Assembly (NCBI GenBank): GCA_002329325.1
Contig: DCTX01000026.1
Span: forward strand, 183,917-245,537
Direction: 5' to 3'
DNA from: Anaerolineales bacterium UBA1429
Lineage (GTDB): Bacteria > Chloroflexota > Anaerolineae > UBA1429
DNA: 61,621 nt
Part shown: one piece after another, positions 8,635-18,802 of the stretch
How the letters are laid out: each line of letters opens with the position of its first letter
How positions within the stretch are numbered: position 1 is the first letter of the stretch
Program-made: the position numbers and the translations under genes
Notes under the pieces: generated by a model
Told to the model about the DNA's origin: nothing
Seen by the model: the letters and a program-made list of their open reading frames with translations, nothing else
Database searches by the model: none

Positions 8635-9657
8635 TCAGAGCCCTCTCTGCGCCAGCACCTCCAGGTAGTCCTGATAGTTCTTCTTCAGGAGAGCGGGCGT
8701 ATCCAGGTCATAGGGGCACTTTTCCGAGCATTGGTTGCACTCGATGCAGTCCTCGATCTTTTTCATCATCGCGCGCCCCTGCTCGGTAAAGAACCTCTCC
8801 GAGGGCGAGCGCCGGAGCATCAGCGATGCCCGGGCGCACATGTTGATGACGATCCCCTGGGGGCAAGGCATGCAGTAGCCGCAGCCCCGGCAAAAGTCGC
8901 CCTGCAGCTCTTTGCGGTCGGCCTCTATGCAGGTCTGCAGAGCGTCATCGAGGGCCGGCGGGTTGGCGATGTAGGAGAGGAACTCGTCCAGCTCCCACTC
9001 GCGCTGGATGCCCCAGATGGGGACGGCGTGCTCGAAACGCGTCAGCCAGGCGCAGGCGGCGGCCGAGTTGGTGATCAGCCCCCCCGAGAGGGCCTTCATG
9101 GCGATAAAGCCCATCTCCTTTTCTTTGCAGCTCCGCACCATCTCCTGCTCTTCGTCGGTGCTCAGGTAGCTAAAGGGGAACTGGAGCGTATCGTACAGCC
9201 CCGAGGCGATCACCTGACGGGCGAGGTTGAGCCGGTGGTTCGTGATGCCGATGAAGCGGATCTTGCCCTGCTGCCTGGCCTCCAGCATGGCCTCGTAGAG
9301 GCCGCTCTCGTGCCCCGGAGTGGGCACGAACGGGGGATTGTGGAACTGGTAGATATCGATGTGATCGGTGCGCAGGGTGCGCAGGCTCGCCTCCAGGTCG
9401 GCCCAGAAGGCTGCGGTGTCATGGGCATGGGTCTTGGTGGCGATGACGACCTTGTCCCACGTACCGCCAAACGCCTCGCCGAGCTTCTCCTCGCTATCGG
9501 AATAGCCGCGGGCAGAATCAAAGAAGGTCATGCCCCCATCATGGGCCTTGCGCAAAAGGCGAACCGCCTCCGGTTTCGGCACTCTTTGCAGCGGCAGCGC
9601 CCCAAAACCGTTCTGCTCGACCTGCAATCCTGTCTTCCCGACTGCTATCTTGGCCAT
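8635..9657 (-). CDS. Aldo/keto reductase fused to a C-terminal 4Fe-4S ferredoxin-type domain (tandem paralogue)
   Basis: Track ORF 8635..9780 trimmed to the ATG at 9657, preceded by AGGAAGG. Motifs: MAKIAVGKTGLQVEQNGFGALPLQR, FFDSARGYSDSEE, CRGCGYCMPCP and CIECNQCSEKCP. Confidence 0.85.
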   Translation of the reverse strand: MAKIAVGKTGLQVEQNGFGALPLQRVPKPEAVRLLRKAHDGGMTFFDSARGYSDSEEKLGEAFGGTWDKVVIATKTHAHDTAAFWADLEASLRTLRTDHIDIYQFHNPPFVPTPGHESGLYEAMLEARQQGKIRFIGITNHRLNLARQVIASGLYDTLQFPFSYLSTDEEQEMVRSCKEKEMGFIAMKALSGGLITNSAAACAWLTRFEHAVPIWGIQREWELDEFLSYIANPPALDDALQTCIEADRKELQGDFCRGCGYCMPCPQGIVINMCARASLMLRRSPSERFFTEQGRAMMKKIEDCIECNQCSEKCPYDLDTPALLKKNYQDYLEVLAQRGL

Positions 9658-9803
9658 CTGGGTCCTTCCTTTCATGGTAAGGCTCTGGCGAGCCGATGGG
9701 CAATCTGCGCAGGCTGCCTGCGTGGCCAGGGGTTCTAGCCTTCTCGGGGAACACCGCTGCGACGGGGAGTCACTCGCCACAGGACATCGGTACCATCACT
9801 GGT

Positions 9804-9834
9804 AGCATAGCACTTGGAGTATACTCCAAGTCAA
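9804..9834 (-). promoter_or_regulatory. MerR-type promoter (19-bp spacer) containing a perfect 18-bp palindromic operator
   Basis: The minus strand reads TTGACT (9829-9834), a 19-nt spacer, then TATGCT (9804-9809). The palindrome CTTGGAGTATACTCCAAG (9813-9830) spans the spacer and overlaps the first two bases of the -35 element. Confidence 0.65.
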
Positions 9835-9896
9835 GTGGCCTATCACATGCAGCGAGCGGGTCGTGCGCGGCGCCGGTCAGCCCGGTCGGCATGAAA

Positions 9897-9923
9897 AGAG
9901 TAGCGTGGGTCCCCCGCTACTCT
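9897..9923 (-). terminator. Possible terminator downstream of the YfhO-flippase gene
   Basis: 9-bp stem agagtagcg (9897-9905) / cgctactct (9915-9923). On the minus strand only a short T run (TTTCAT) follows. It lies 250 nt past the stop codon. Confidence 0.35.
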
Positions 9924-10172
9924 GCGCAAAGAGCCTTCTTTGGCTGTTGAGCCGTCTCCTCACGGACTCTGCAGGCGATTCTGCACCCGATCAGGGCCGT
10001 TGTCAACCATCGCGCGGGGCGGCGGCACGGCGAGAGCGAGCCCCGAGCTCAGGCAGGCGAGTGCCTCCGCCCAGGCAGCACGCGCCGGGGGTGGCCCTCG
10101 GCCGGATCCGTGAGGGGAGGAGCGGTTGTGTGGCAAAGGGCTCGCTCGAGCGGCCCGCCGCGCGCGCGGCCG

Positions 10173-13100
10173 CTAGCGCCTCGTCAGCCGCCCCAGCGGG
10201 ATCACCCGGGCCACCACCTGGCGCTCCTCTGCGTCGAACATGCGCAGCCAGACCAGCCCCGCCACGTAGAGCGCCAGCCCCACGGGCAGCGCCAGCAGGC
10301 TCAAGCGGCCCGGCAGCAACCAGAAGAGCAACGCCATGGGGGCAGCGCAGGCCAACGGCTTCCAGGCCACCTGCGCCCAGGGGATGGGCGCCAGGTGGCG
10401 GCGGATGCCCACGTAAAAGGGGATCAACAGCGCCAGCTCGCTGGCGATGGCCACATAGGCCGAGGCGATGAACCCGATCTGGGTGATCAACACGATGTTG
10501 GTGATCACATTAAAGGCCAGGCCGATGGCAAAGGCCCGCGTCAAGAAGCGCTGTTGATCCAGGGCGATCAGGACGTACTGGGTGACCGAGTTGATAAAGC
10601 CAAAGGGCATGTACCAGATCATGATGCGCAGGATCTGGGCGGCCTGGGGCAGATACTGGGAGCCGCCCAGCACGGCGACCAGCTCGGTGGAGAGGGCCGA
10701 GATCAGCACCCCCATAGGGATGGCGAACAGGATCAGCAGCTTGATGGCCAGGATATAGGCCCGCAGCAACGAACTGCGCGCCGTGGCCGCATAGCGGGAC
10801 ATGAGGGGAAAGATCGCCATGGTGAAGAAGGCAGGCACCAGCCCCACGGCGTCGATGTACTTGTAGGCCGTGCTGTACCACCCCAGAACCCGCGGGTCCG
10901 GCAGCAGCCACTCCAGTAGGAGCACGGCCACCTTGAAGAACAGGGTCGCCAACAGCAGGTTGATCATCAGCGGCCAGGAGATGCCCAGCATCTGCCGCTG
11001 GAAACCCAGGTCGCACTCGAGGCGGGGGTGGAACAGGCGCCCACGCAGCAGGCCGTACAGGATCGCCATGGTGATCAGGTTGACCACGATGGAGACCACG
11101 GCCAGCCCCACATAGCCGCCGCCCACCAGCAGGGCCACCGTGCCCAGCAGCACCTTGAGCACCGTGGTCACCGTCGTGACCGAGGCGGGCACCTCCATTT
11201 GCTCATAGGCGCTAAAGATGGCCGAGAAGCTGGCCGAGACGTTGCTGGGCAGCAGCCCGACTCCGAACAGGGCAATGGCCCAGATGGTGGCCCCATCCAG
11301 GGGGCGCGTGGCGCCCCGCATCAGGAAAAAGCCCCCCATGAGGGGGATGGCGCCCAGCCAGAGCAGCCCCCGCAGCAGGATCGTGTTGCTCAGGTAGCGG
11401 TTGGCCAAAGTGCGGTCGCGGGCCACCTCGCGGGTCGCCAGGGTATTCAGGCCAAAGTTGATCCAGATATCGAACCAGCCGATGACCACCACCGCCAGGT
11501 AATACTTGCCCGCATCGGCGGGGCCCAGAATGCGCAACATCAACATGGCAAAGGCCATGTCGATCACCTTGTTGATCAGGTTCAGGCCGATGGGGGCGAC
11601 GGTGTTCTTGGTCACCCGCTGCACCGTGGCGCCCTCGTCGGCCTCGCGGTAAAAGCGCCGCCAGCCCCACCAGCCCAGGCACAACACCGCGATCACGCCC
11701 GCCACAAAGCTGAGGTAGAGGCCGAACTTGACGGCATCGGGCGAGTACTTGAAGCGCACCACGTGGCGCCCGGCGGGCACCTGGACGGCGCGAAAGTTGC
11801 CGTCGGCGCGATAGAGGGTCAGCGCCCGCTCCGCCTGCTCGGGATCGGCGACGTCAGGAGGCCGAATGTAGGCCACCCAGCCGGGGAAGTAGCTATCGGC
11901 CAGCACCAGCATGGCGGGCGCCGGCGTATCCACGGTGATGGTCACCTCGTTGATCGTGTAGTGGATCGCCTCCACCTCGAGAGGGAACGGATCGGGCGGG
12001 GCCTCGGGCAGGGGTTCCTCCAGGGGCTCCTCCAGGATCACCTCGTAGCGCGGGTCCAGGGCCAGCAGCGCGGCCTGGCGCTCGGCGTCGTCCGCCACCA
12101 CCCTGGCGCGAGGCACCAGGAACGCCCGCGGCAGGGCGTCGGCGTTCTCATAGATGCGCACCTCGCCCTCGTAGGCCAGGGTATAGCCGGGCCGCTCGAT
12201 GGTCTGGGTGGTGACCACGTACTTGACGTTCAGCAGGTCCAGCAGGGGCGAATCCAGCGCCTCGGGCGAGCCGCCGGGGACGGGCGCGATCTGGTTGTAG
12301 GGCAACATACCCTGGGGATGCACGAGGCGCATATACTCGACGTATTGCCGCGGGATGATGGAATCGTACCCGCGTATGTCGGCGAGGCCATAGAGCATGG
12401 CGGTGTTGGGCTGCAGCGTCTTGTCATCGCCATAGGTCGTGATGCGAAACAGATCGGGATCGGCCTGCAGGAACTCGAGGGCGGGCGTGCGATAGGCCAC
12501 CAGGGCGGGATCTACCCGCGGGTAAAAGCCATAGCCAACGGCAAAGAGCTCGGCCAGCAGCACCAGGGCCAAGCCGGCCCCCCACAGGGCCCGCCGGCGG
12601 AAGCGACGCCGCAGCGCCAGCAGCGCACCCCCCGCCGCCAGGGCCAGCCCCAAGATCAGCAGGTTGCGGGCCTGGTAGCTGTAGAACATGCGGCCATCGG
12701 CAAAAGCCTCGGGGGCGCGCGCCAGCCGCTCCATGACCCGCTCGGCCAGGGCGGTGGCCCGCTCCTTGAAGAGCAGGCTGGCCCCCAGGCCACCCAGCAC
12801 GCCCGCGCCCGCCAGCAGCGTCGCCCAGGGGACGGCGCGGTCGGCCAGCCAATCCAGCCAGCGGGCGAGGCGGCGCTGCGCGGCCTGGCGTTGCTCCCAC
12901 ATGGCATCCAGCCCGATCCCCGCCAGGAGGGCCGCGCTCAGGGAGTAGGGATAGATCCAGCGGAAGGGGGTGTGCACCTGCGAGAAGCCCGGCAGCCGGT
13001 ACACCAGATAGTAGAGAGGCGTTCCAAAGACGCACGCCAGGGAGAACAGCGCCAGGAGCGCGAAAAAGCCTGCCGGCTTGCGGCGGCGCAGCAAGCCGAT

Positions 13101-14216
13101 GGCGGCCAGCACCAGGGGCAGCACGCCGATGTAGCCGCTGCCCTCCACATAGTTCTTGATGCCCCAGTAGACGCTATCGATGGCGTTGCCCAGGGCGTTG
13201 ACCGTCACCGGCGTGACCTGCCCGGTGAACAGGTCCAGGTAGCTGTGGTGCGAGGGATTCCCGAAAAAGTCGGGCATGAGCAGGGCCAGGAGACCTCGCT
13301 TGGGCCAGGCCCACCCCAGCACCTCCTCAAAGGCGGCGCCCCCCTCTCGCCAGTTGGATTGCACCAGCTCCAGCAAGGGCATCCACTGGGCGGCCCCCAG
13401 GCCGATCCCCACCAGGGCGATGGCGGCCAGCAAGGCCCAGGCGCCCAGGGCCCTCCGCGCCCCCTGGGAACGGGCGATGCCCAGGCCGCGCCAGAGCCCG
13501 AAGGCGGCGGCGGTCAGCCCCACGTAATAGTACATCTCCGGGTGGCCCGCCAGCATCGCCATGCCCAGGGCAAAGGCTCCCAGGGCCAGATCGGGCAGCG
13601 AGGCCAGGCCGTAGGGCGCGCCGGCCTCGGCGCGGCGTGCGATGCGCTCGATGGCCGTCAGCAGCAGCGCCAGCCACACCGCCGCCCCCACGATCATGGG
13701 GAATACCTGGTGGGTGACCATCAGGCCGCCGAACATAAAGGCGATCCCCGCCAGGAGCGCCGCGGGCCGAGAAAGGCGCAAGGTGCGCCCCAAGATGTAG
13801 GTGAGCCAGCCCGCCAGCCAGAGGTGCAGCGCCGCGTACCAGCCATAGGCCGCCCACAGGGGCAGCACGTAGAACAGGGCGCTGAGGGGGTACATGGCCG
13901 AATGCTGGCCCGCCGCCAGGAACGGCACCCCCGCGAGGATGTAGGGATTCCAGAGGGGTAGCTCGCCCTGGCGCAGCGATTCGACGATCAGGCTCTTCCA
14001 GACCAGGTTCTGGATGTAGAGATCGCCCAGCAGCCCGTTGTGGGGCGCCCCCACGCCCAGGTCGCCGGCATAGGAGGCCCAGGGTTGCCACTGGAAGGCG
14101 GCATCGGCGGGCAGCATGGTCTTGCCGCCCAGGGTGACGGGCAGAAGAAAGAGCACGGCCAGGGCAAGCAGGCCAAGGGCGATGGCAAGTTCGATGGCGA
14201 ACGGCTTGTTGCGCAC
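10173..14216 (-). CDS. Fusion protein: N-terminal YfhO-family (GT-C-like) membrane protein plus C-terminal Wzx/MOP-type polysaccharide flippase
   Basis: Single uninterrupted 1347-codon ORF with a GTG start at 14216 after GGGAGGA. The N-terminal ~850 aa are polytopic with a YfhO-like start (LPADAAFQWQPW...LWNPYILAGVPFLAAGQHSAMYPL). The C-terminal ~490 aa are flippase-like (NTVAPIGLNLINKVIDMAFAMLMLRILGPADAGKYYLA...). The junction is near nt 11630. Confidence 0.85.
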   Translation of the reverse strand: MRNKPFAIELAIALGLLALAVLFLLPVTLGGKTMLPADAAFQWQPWASYAGDLGVGAPHNGLLGDLYIQNLVWKSLIVESLRQGELPLWNPYILAGVPFLAAGQHSAMYPLSALFYVLPLWAAYGWYAALHLWLAGWLTYILGRTLRLSRPAALLAGIAFMFGGLMVTHQVFPMIVGAAVWLALLLTAIERIARRAEAGAPYGLASLPDLALGAFALGMAMLAGHPEMYYYVGLTAAAFGLWRGLGIARSQGARRALGAWALLAAIALVGIGLGAAQWMPLLELVQSNWREGGAAFEEVLGWAWPKRGLLALLMPDFFGNPSHHSYLDLFTGQVTPVTVNALGNAIDSVYWGIKNYVEGSGYIGVLPLVLAAIGLLRRRKPAGFFALLALFSLACVFGTPLYYLVYRLPGFSQVHTPFRWIYPYSLSAALLAGIGLDAMWEQRQAAQRRLARWLDWLADRAVPWATLLAGAGVLGGLGASLLFKERATALAERVMERLARAPEAFADGRMFYSYQARNLLILGLALAAGGALLALRRRFRRRALWGAGLALVLLAELFAVGYGFYPRVDPALVAYRTPALEFLQADPDLFRITTYGDDKTLQPNTAMLYGLADIRGYDSIIPRQYVEYMRLVHPQGMLPYNQIAPVPGGSPEALDSPLLDLLNVKYVVTTQTIERPGYTLAYEGEVRIYENADALPRAFLVPRARVVADDAERQAALLALDPRYEVILEEPLEEPLPEAPPDPFPLEVEAIHYTINEVTITVDTPAPAMLVLADSYFPGWVAYIRPPDVADPEQAERALTLYRADGNFRAVQVPAGRHVVRFKYSPDAVKFGLYLSFVAGVIAVLCLGWWGWRRFYREADEGATVQRVTKNTVAPIGLNLINKVIDMAFAMLMLRILGPADAGKYYLAVVVIGWFDIWINFGLNTLATREVARDRTLANRYLSNTILLRGLLWLGAIPLMGGFFLMRGATRPLDGATIWAIALFGVGLLPSNVSASFSAIFSAYEQMEVPASVTTVTTVLKVLLGTVALLVGGGYVGLAVVSIVVNLITMAILYGLLRGRLFHPRLECDLGFQRQMLGISWPLMINLLLATLFFKVAVLLLEWLLPDPRVLGWYSTAYKYIDAVGLVPAFFTMAIFPLMSRYAATARSSLLRAYILAIKLLILFAIPMGVLISALSTELVAVLGGSQYLPQAAQILRIMIWYMPFGFINSVTQYVLIALDQQRFLTRAFAIGLAFNVITNIVLITQIGFIASAYVAIASELALLIPFYVGIRRHLAPIPWAQVAWKPLACAAPMALLFWLLPGRLSLLALPVGLALYVAGLVWLRMFDAEERQVVARVIPLGRLTRR

Positions 14217-14399
14217 GTTCCTCCCGGGGGCTGGTGCCAGGCCGCCGCCTGCTCACAGGCCACGGCCCCATGGGCTGAGCACCGGGATTATAGTGGCGGG
14301 GGAGGGGAGCGTCAAAGGGACTGCAGGCGGGCGCCTGCCCAGAGCAGGGAGCTCACCCTCCCCGCTCTGGGCAGTTGAGGAGTCACCTCTAGTCCTGAG

Positions 14400-15206
<807 letters not shown>

Positions 15207-15391
15207 CGCGAACGCTCCTTGTCCGGCCCGGGCCCGGACCTAATATCTCAACGTTTGTTGAATTGTATGCGGGCGCGGCGGCTTGTCAAGCCCAATGTTT
15301 CCGATGCGGCGCGGACAGCCGGGGCCTTCTTGCGCCGCCGGCCCTCTCCGGCTATCATCTGCCCAATGTCCTTGACAAGGAGTGACCCTTT

Positions 15392-16660
15392 ATGCATGTC
15401 GAACTCAAGTACGGGAGAACGGGCCTGCAGGTCGAGCTGCCTGAGGATGCCACGGTGATCTGGCCGCGAGAGGTGCCCGGCCTTCCGGACGAGGCCCAGG
15501 CCATCCGGGCCGCCCTCGCCGATCCCATCGGCGCGCCTCCCCTCACCCAGCAACTCAAGCCTGAGGACACGGTCGCCATCGTCTTTAGCGATATCACCCG
15601 CCCCATGCCCAGCGACCGGGTGCTGCCCGTGCTGCTGCGGGAGATCGAGCGCGTGGTGCCCCGCCAGCAGATCCTGCTGATCAACGGCACCGGCACCCAC
15701 CAGGCCAACACCCGCGAGGAGCTGGTGGGCATGTTGGGGCGCGAGATCGTCGAGAACTATCGCATCGTCAACCACAACGCCTTTGACGCCGCCAACCTGG
15801 TGGATATGGGCGTCACTCCTCAGGGGCACCGGGCCCTGGTCAACCGCTCCTTCTACGAGGCCGACTTCAAGATCCTGACCGGCTTTATCGAGCCGCACAT
15901 CTTTGCCGGCTTTAGCGGCGGCCCCAAGGCCGTGCTGCCGGCCGTGGCGGGCATCGAGAGCATCATGGATAACCACGGCTTTGCCATGCTGGATGACGCC
16001 CGCACTACCTGGGGTGTGCGCGAAGGCAACCCGATCTGGGAGGAGATGCGCGCCTTTGCGCGCCTGGCCGGCCCCGATTTCCTGCTGAACGTGACCCTCA
16101 ACCGCCTGGGACAGATCACCGGCGTGTTTGCCGGCGACATCGAGGCGGCCCATGCCCAGGGATGCGCCCTGGTGCGCGAGACGGCCATGGTGCCCGTCTC
16201 GCACCCGTACGATGTGGTGCTGACCACCAACAGCGGCTACCCGCTGGATATCAACCTGTACCAGACGGTCAAGGGCATCTCGGCGGCGGCCCAGGTCGTG
16301 CGGCCCGGCGGCAGCATCATCGTGGCCAGCGAGTGCAGCGGCGGCGTCCCCAACTATGGCGAGTACCGCAATCTGGTGATGCAGGGCGGCTCGCCCGATG
16401 GCATCCTGGCCCTGATCGGCGCGCCGGGGTTCCGCCGCCACGACCAGTGGGAGGCCCAACTGCACGCCAATCTGATGAAGCAGGCCCAGATCCACATCTA
16501 CAGCACCGGCCTGAGCGACGCCCAGATCCGAGAGATGCTCCTAACCCCCGTGGACGACATCGGGGCCGCCGTGAAGCGCGAGCTGGCGCGGTGCGGCCCT
16601 GGCGCCCGCCTGTTGGTGTTGCCCGAGGGCTCCCAAAGCATCCCCTATCTGAGCGCCTAG
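15392..16660 (+). CDS. LarA-family (nickel-pincer cofactor dependent) 2-hydroxyacid racemase/epimerase homologue
   Basis: DUF2088/LarA-like motifs: SDITRPMP, INGTGTHQANT and GFIEPHIFAGFSGGPKAVLPAVAG (Lys conserved in GGxK). AAGGAG lies upstream. Confidence 0.8.
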   Translation: MHVELKYGRTGLQVELPEDATVIWPREVPGLPDEAQAIRAALADPIGAPPLTQQLKPEDTVAIVFSDITRPMPSDRVLPVLLREIERVVPRQQILLINGTGTHQANTREELVGMLGREIVENYRIVNHNAFDAANLVDMGVTPQGHRALVNRSFYEADFKILTGFIEPHIFAGFSGGPKAVLPAVAGIESIMDNHGFAMLDDARTTWGVREGNPIWEEMRAFARLAGPDFLLNVTLNRLGQITGVFAGDIEAAHAQGCALVRETAMVPVSHPYDVVLTTNSGYPLDINLYQTVKGISAAAQVVRPGGSIIVASECSGGVPNYGEYRNLVMQGGSPDGILALIGAPGFRRHDQWEAQLHANLMKQAQIHIYSTGLSDAQIREMLLTPVDDIGAAVKRELARCGPGARLLVLPEGSQSIPYLSA

Positions 16661-16673
16661 AAGGAGGAGCGCC

Positions 16674-18713
16674 ATGCCCCAACGCGTCCCAGGCATCCTT
16701 CCTGTGCCCCAGCGAGTCACCGAGGCGGAGGGCGCCTTCCGCCTGACCTGCGAGACCCAGATCGTGCTGCTGCCCGGTGCCGGCGAGAGCGAATGGCGCT
16801 CGGCCCAGGCCCTGCAGCGCGAGCTCGAGGAGGCCATCGGCCTGCGCCTGGCCATCGTCAAGCCGGCCCGCCTGCACCGCCGGGAGGGGATCATCCTGCT
16901 CAGTGGCGACCCCACCGCGGCGGCGGGCTATTCGGGCATGCCCCTGCCCGATGAGGCCACCCGCGGGCGCGGCGAGCAGGCATACTATCTGGCCATCTCG
17001 CCCCAGAGGGTGCTGGCGGGGGGCGCCGGCCCCGTAGCCCTGCACCATGCCGTCCAGAGCCTGCGCCAGATCGCGCGTCTGGCGGGGTCATCCTGGCCCT
17101 GCTGTCAGATCGCCGACTGGCCCACGCTGCCCTACCGGGGTCTGATGCTGGACATCTCCCGGGGCAAGGTCCCCACCCTGGAGACGCTCCAGGAGATCAT
17201 AGATCAGCTGGCCCTGTTCAAGATGAACGTGCTGCAGCTCTACACCGAGCATACCTTTGACTTCCCCAGCCATCCGTGCATCGGCCTGGGAACCGATCCC
17301 CTCACCACCGAGGACATCCTGGCCCTGGACGCCTATGCCCGGGCCCAGCACGTGGAGCTGATCCCCAACCTGAACTCCTTTGGGCACTGCGGCCACCTGT
17401 TGAGCCTGCCCGAGTATGCGCACCTGTCGGAGACGGCCGTGCCCTGGACCCTGACGCCCCAGGACGAGGGCACCTATGCCCTGCTGGGCGATCTGTACGA
17501 TGACATGCTGCCTGCCTTCAGCTCGCGGATCCTGAATGCGGGCTGCGACGAGACCTGGGATCTGGGCAAGGGGCGCTCGGCTCAGGCGGCGGCGGAGATC
17601 GGCGTGGGACGGGTCTATCTGCAGCATCTGCTGCGCCTGCACACGATGGCCCAACAGCGGGGCTATCGCATCCAGTTCTGGGGCGACATCCTGCTGCACC
17701 ATCCCGAGCTGGTTTCCGAGCTGCCTGAGGATGTGATCCTGCTGGATTGGCACTATGAGGCCGCGGACGAGTATCCTTCGGTGGATATCTTTGGCCAGAG
17801 CGGGCGTCCCTTCTGGGTCTGCCCGGGCACTTCGTCCTGGAATGCCCTGTTCCCGCGCATCGAGAACGCCAACGGCAACATCCGCAACCTGGCGCGTATG
17901 GGGGCGGAGCGGGGCGCCGAGGGGCTGCTGAACACCGATTGGGGTGATCACGGCCACTATCAGCCCCTGGGCCAGAGCTGGTACGGCTATGCCTATGGCG
18001 CAGCTCAGGCCTGGAGCGGCGGCCAGACCGACGACGAAACCTTTGATGCGCGCTTTGGCCCGATCTGGTTCGGCGCGCCGGGGGCGAAGGTCGTGGCGGC
18101 CATCCGCGCCCTGGGGCGCCTGAATACGCTGCCGGGCATGCCGCGCCCCAACGCCAGCAACAGCATCTACCTGCTCCTGGAGGAGCCGTTGGCCGCCGAC
18201 CTGGCCGACCAGGTCCCGCAGGAGACCCTGGGCGAGGTCATAGCCGGCTGCGCCGAGGCTGAGGAGGCGTTCCGCGAGGCGCTGGCCACCAGCCGCGATC
18301 CGCTCTCGCTGGAAGAGATGATCTACTCGGCGCGGATGATGGCCTATGCGGCCCGCAAGGCCCAGGCCAGCAAGGAGATCCGGGCGGCCCTGGGCAACCC
18401 CGCCCGCGAGCTGCCCGCCGTGGCGCGCCAGTCCCGCGAGAGGCTGCGCGCCCTGGAGCTGGAGCTGACGCCCCTGCAGGCCGAGTTCGTGCGGCTCTGG
18501 CGGGCGCGGGCCCGCGATTCCGAGATCGCCGTCGCCCTGGGGCACCTGACGGGCCTGCGGGAACGCTACGCCCTGGCGCAGCGTTGGCTGGCCGAGCGTG
18601 AAGAGGACGAGAGCGTGGCCGACCTCCAGGCCTACATGGCCTGGGCCGGACGCTACGAGATCCTGGGGCAGCGCTTCTGGAGATTGATGCAATCGGTGGC
18701 GGGCGCCGCTTAG
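16674..18713 (+). CDS. Glycoside hydrolase family 20-like (beta-N-acetylhexosaminidase-type) protein
   Basis: LPYRGLMLDISRGKVPTLETL, MNVLQLYTEHTF and the GCDE catalytic-pair region (NAGCDETWDLG). GAAGGAGGAG lies upstream. The start is 13 nt after the LarA-like stop. Confidence 0.75.
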   Translation: MPQRVPGILPVPQRVTEAEGAFRLTCETQIVLLPGAGESEWRSAQALQRELEEAIGLRLAIVKPARLHRREGIILLSGDPTAAAGYSGMPLPDEATRGRGEQAYYLAISPQRVLAGGAGPVALHHAVQSLRQIARLAGSSWPCCQIADWPTLPYRGLMLDISRGKVPTLETLQEIIDQLALFKMNVLQLYTEHTFDFPSHPCIGLGTDPLTTEDILALDAYARAQHVELIPNLNSFGHCGHLLSLPEYAHLSETAVPWTLTPQDEGTYALLGDLYDDMLPAFSSRILNAGCDETWDLGKGRSAQAAAEIGVGRVYLQHLLRLHTMAQQRGYRIQFWGDILLHHPELVSELPEDVILLDWHYEAADEYPSVDIFGQSGRPFWVCPGTSSWNALFPRIENANGNIRNLARMGAERGAEGLLNTDWGDHGHYQPLGQSWYGYAYGAAQAWSGGQTDDETFDARFGPIWFGAPGAKVVAAIRALGRLNTLPGMPRPNASNSIYLLLEEPLAADLADQVPQETLGEVIAGCAEAEEAFREALATSRDPLSLEEMIYSARMMAYAARKAQASKEIRAALGNPARELPAVARQSRERLRALELELTPLQAEFVRLWRARARDSEIAVALGHLTGLRERYALAQRWLAEREEDESVADLQAYMAWAGRYEILGQRFWRLMQSVAGAA

Positions 18714-18802
18714 GACGCCCGCCAGACGATGGGAAATCGGGGCAGGGAGCTGCGCTGCGGGGGCGGCTCCCCGCCCCGGTTGGGGTGTGGGCACTGATTC
18801 CA

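Noticed and set aside
15248-15261. TCAAC-N4-GTTGA dyad as an ArsR operator for arsM.
   Set aside because: The arms are only 5 bp, no arsR is nearby and there is no second copy. It is mentioned only as a weak observation.
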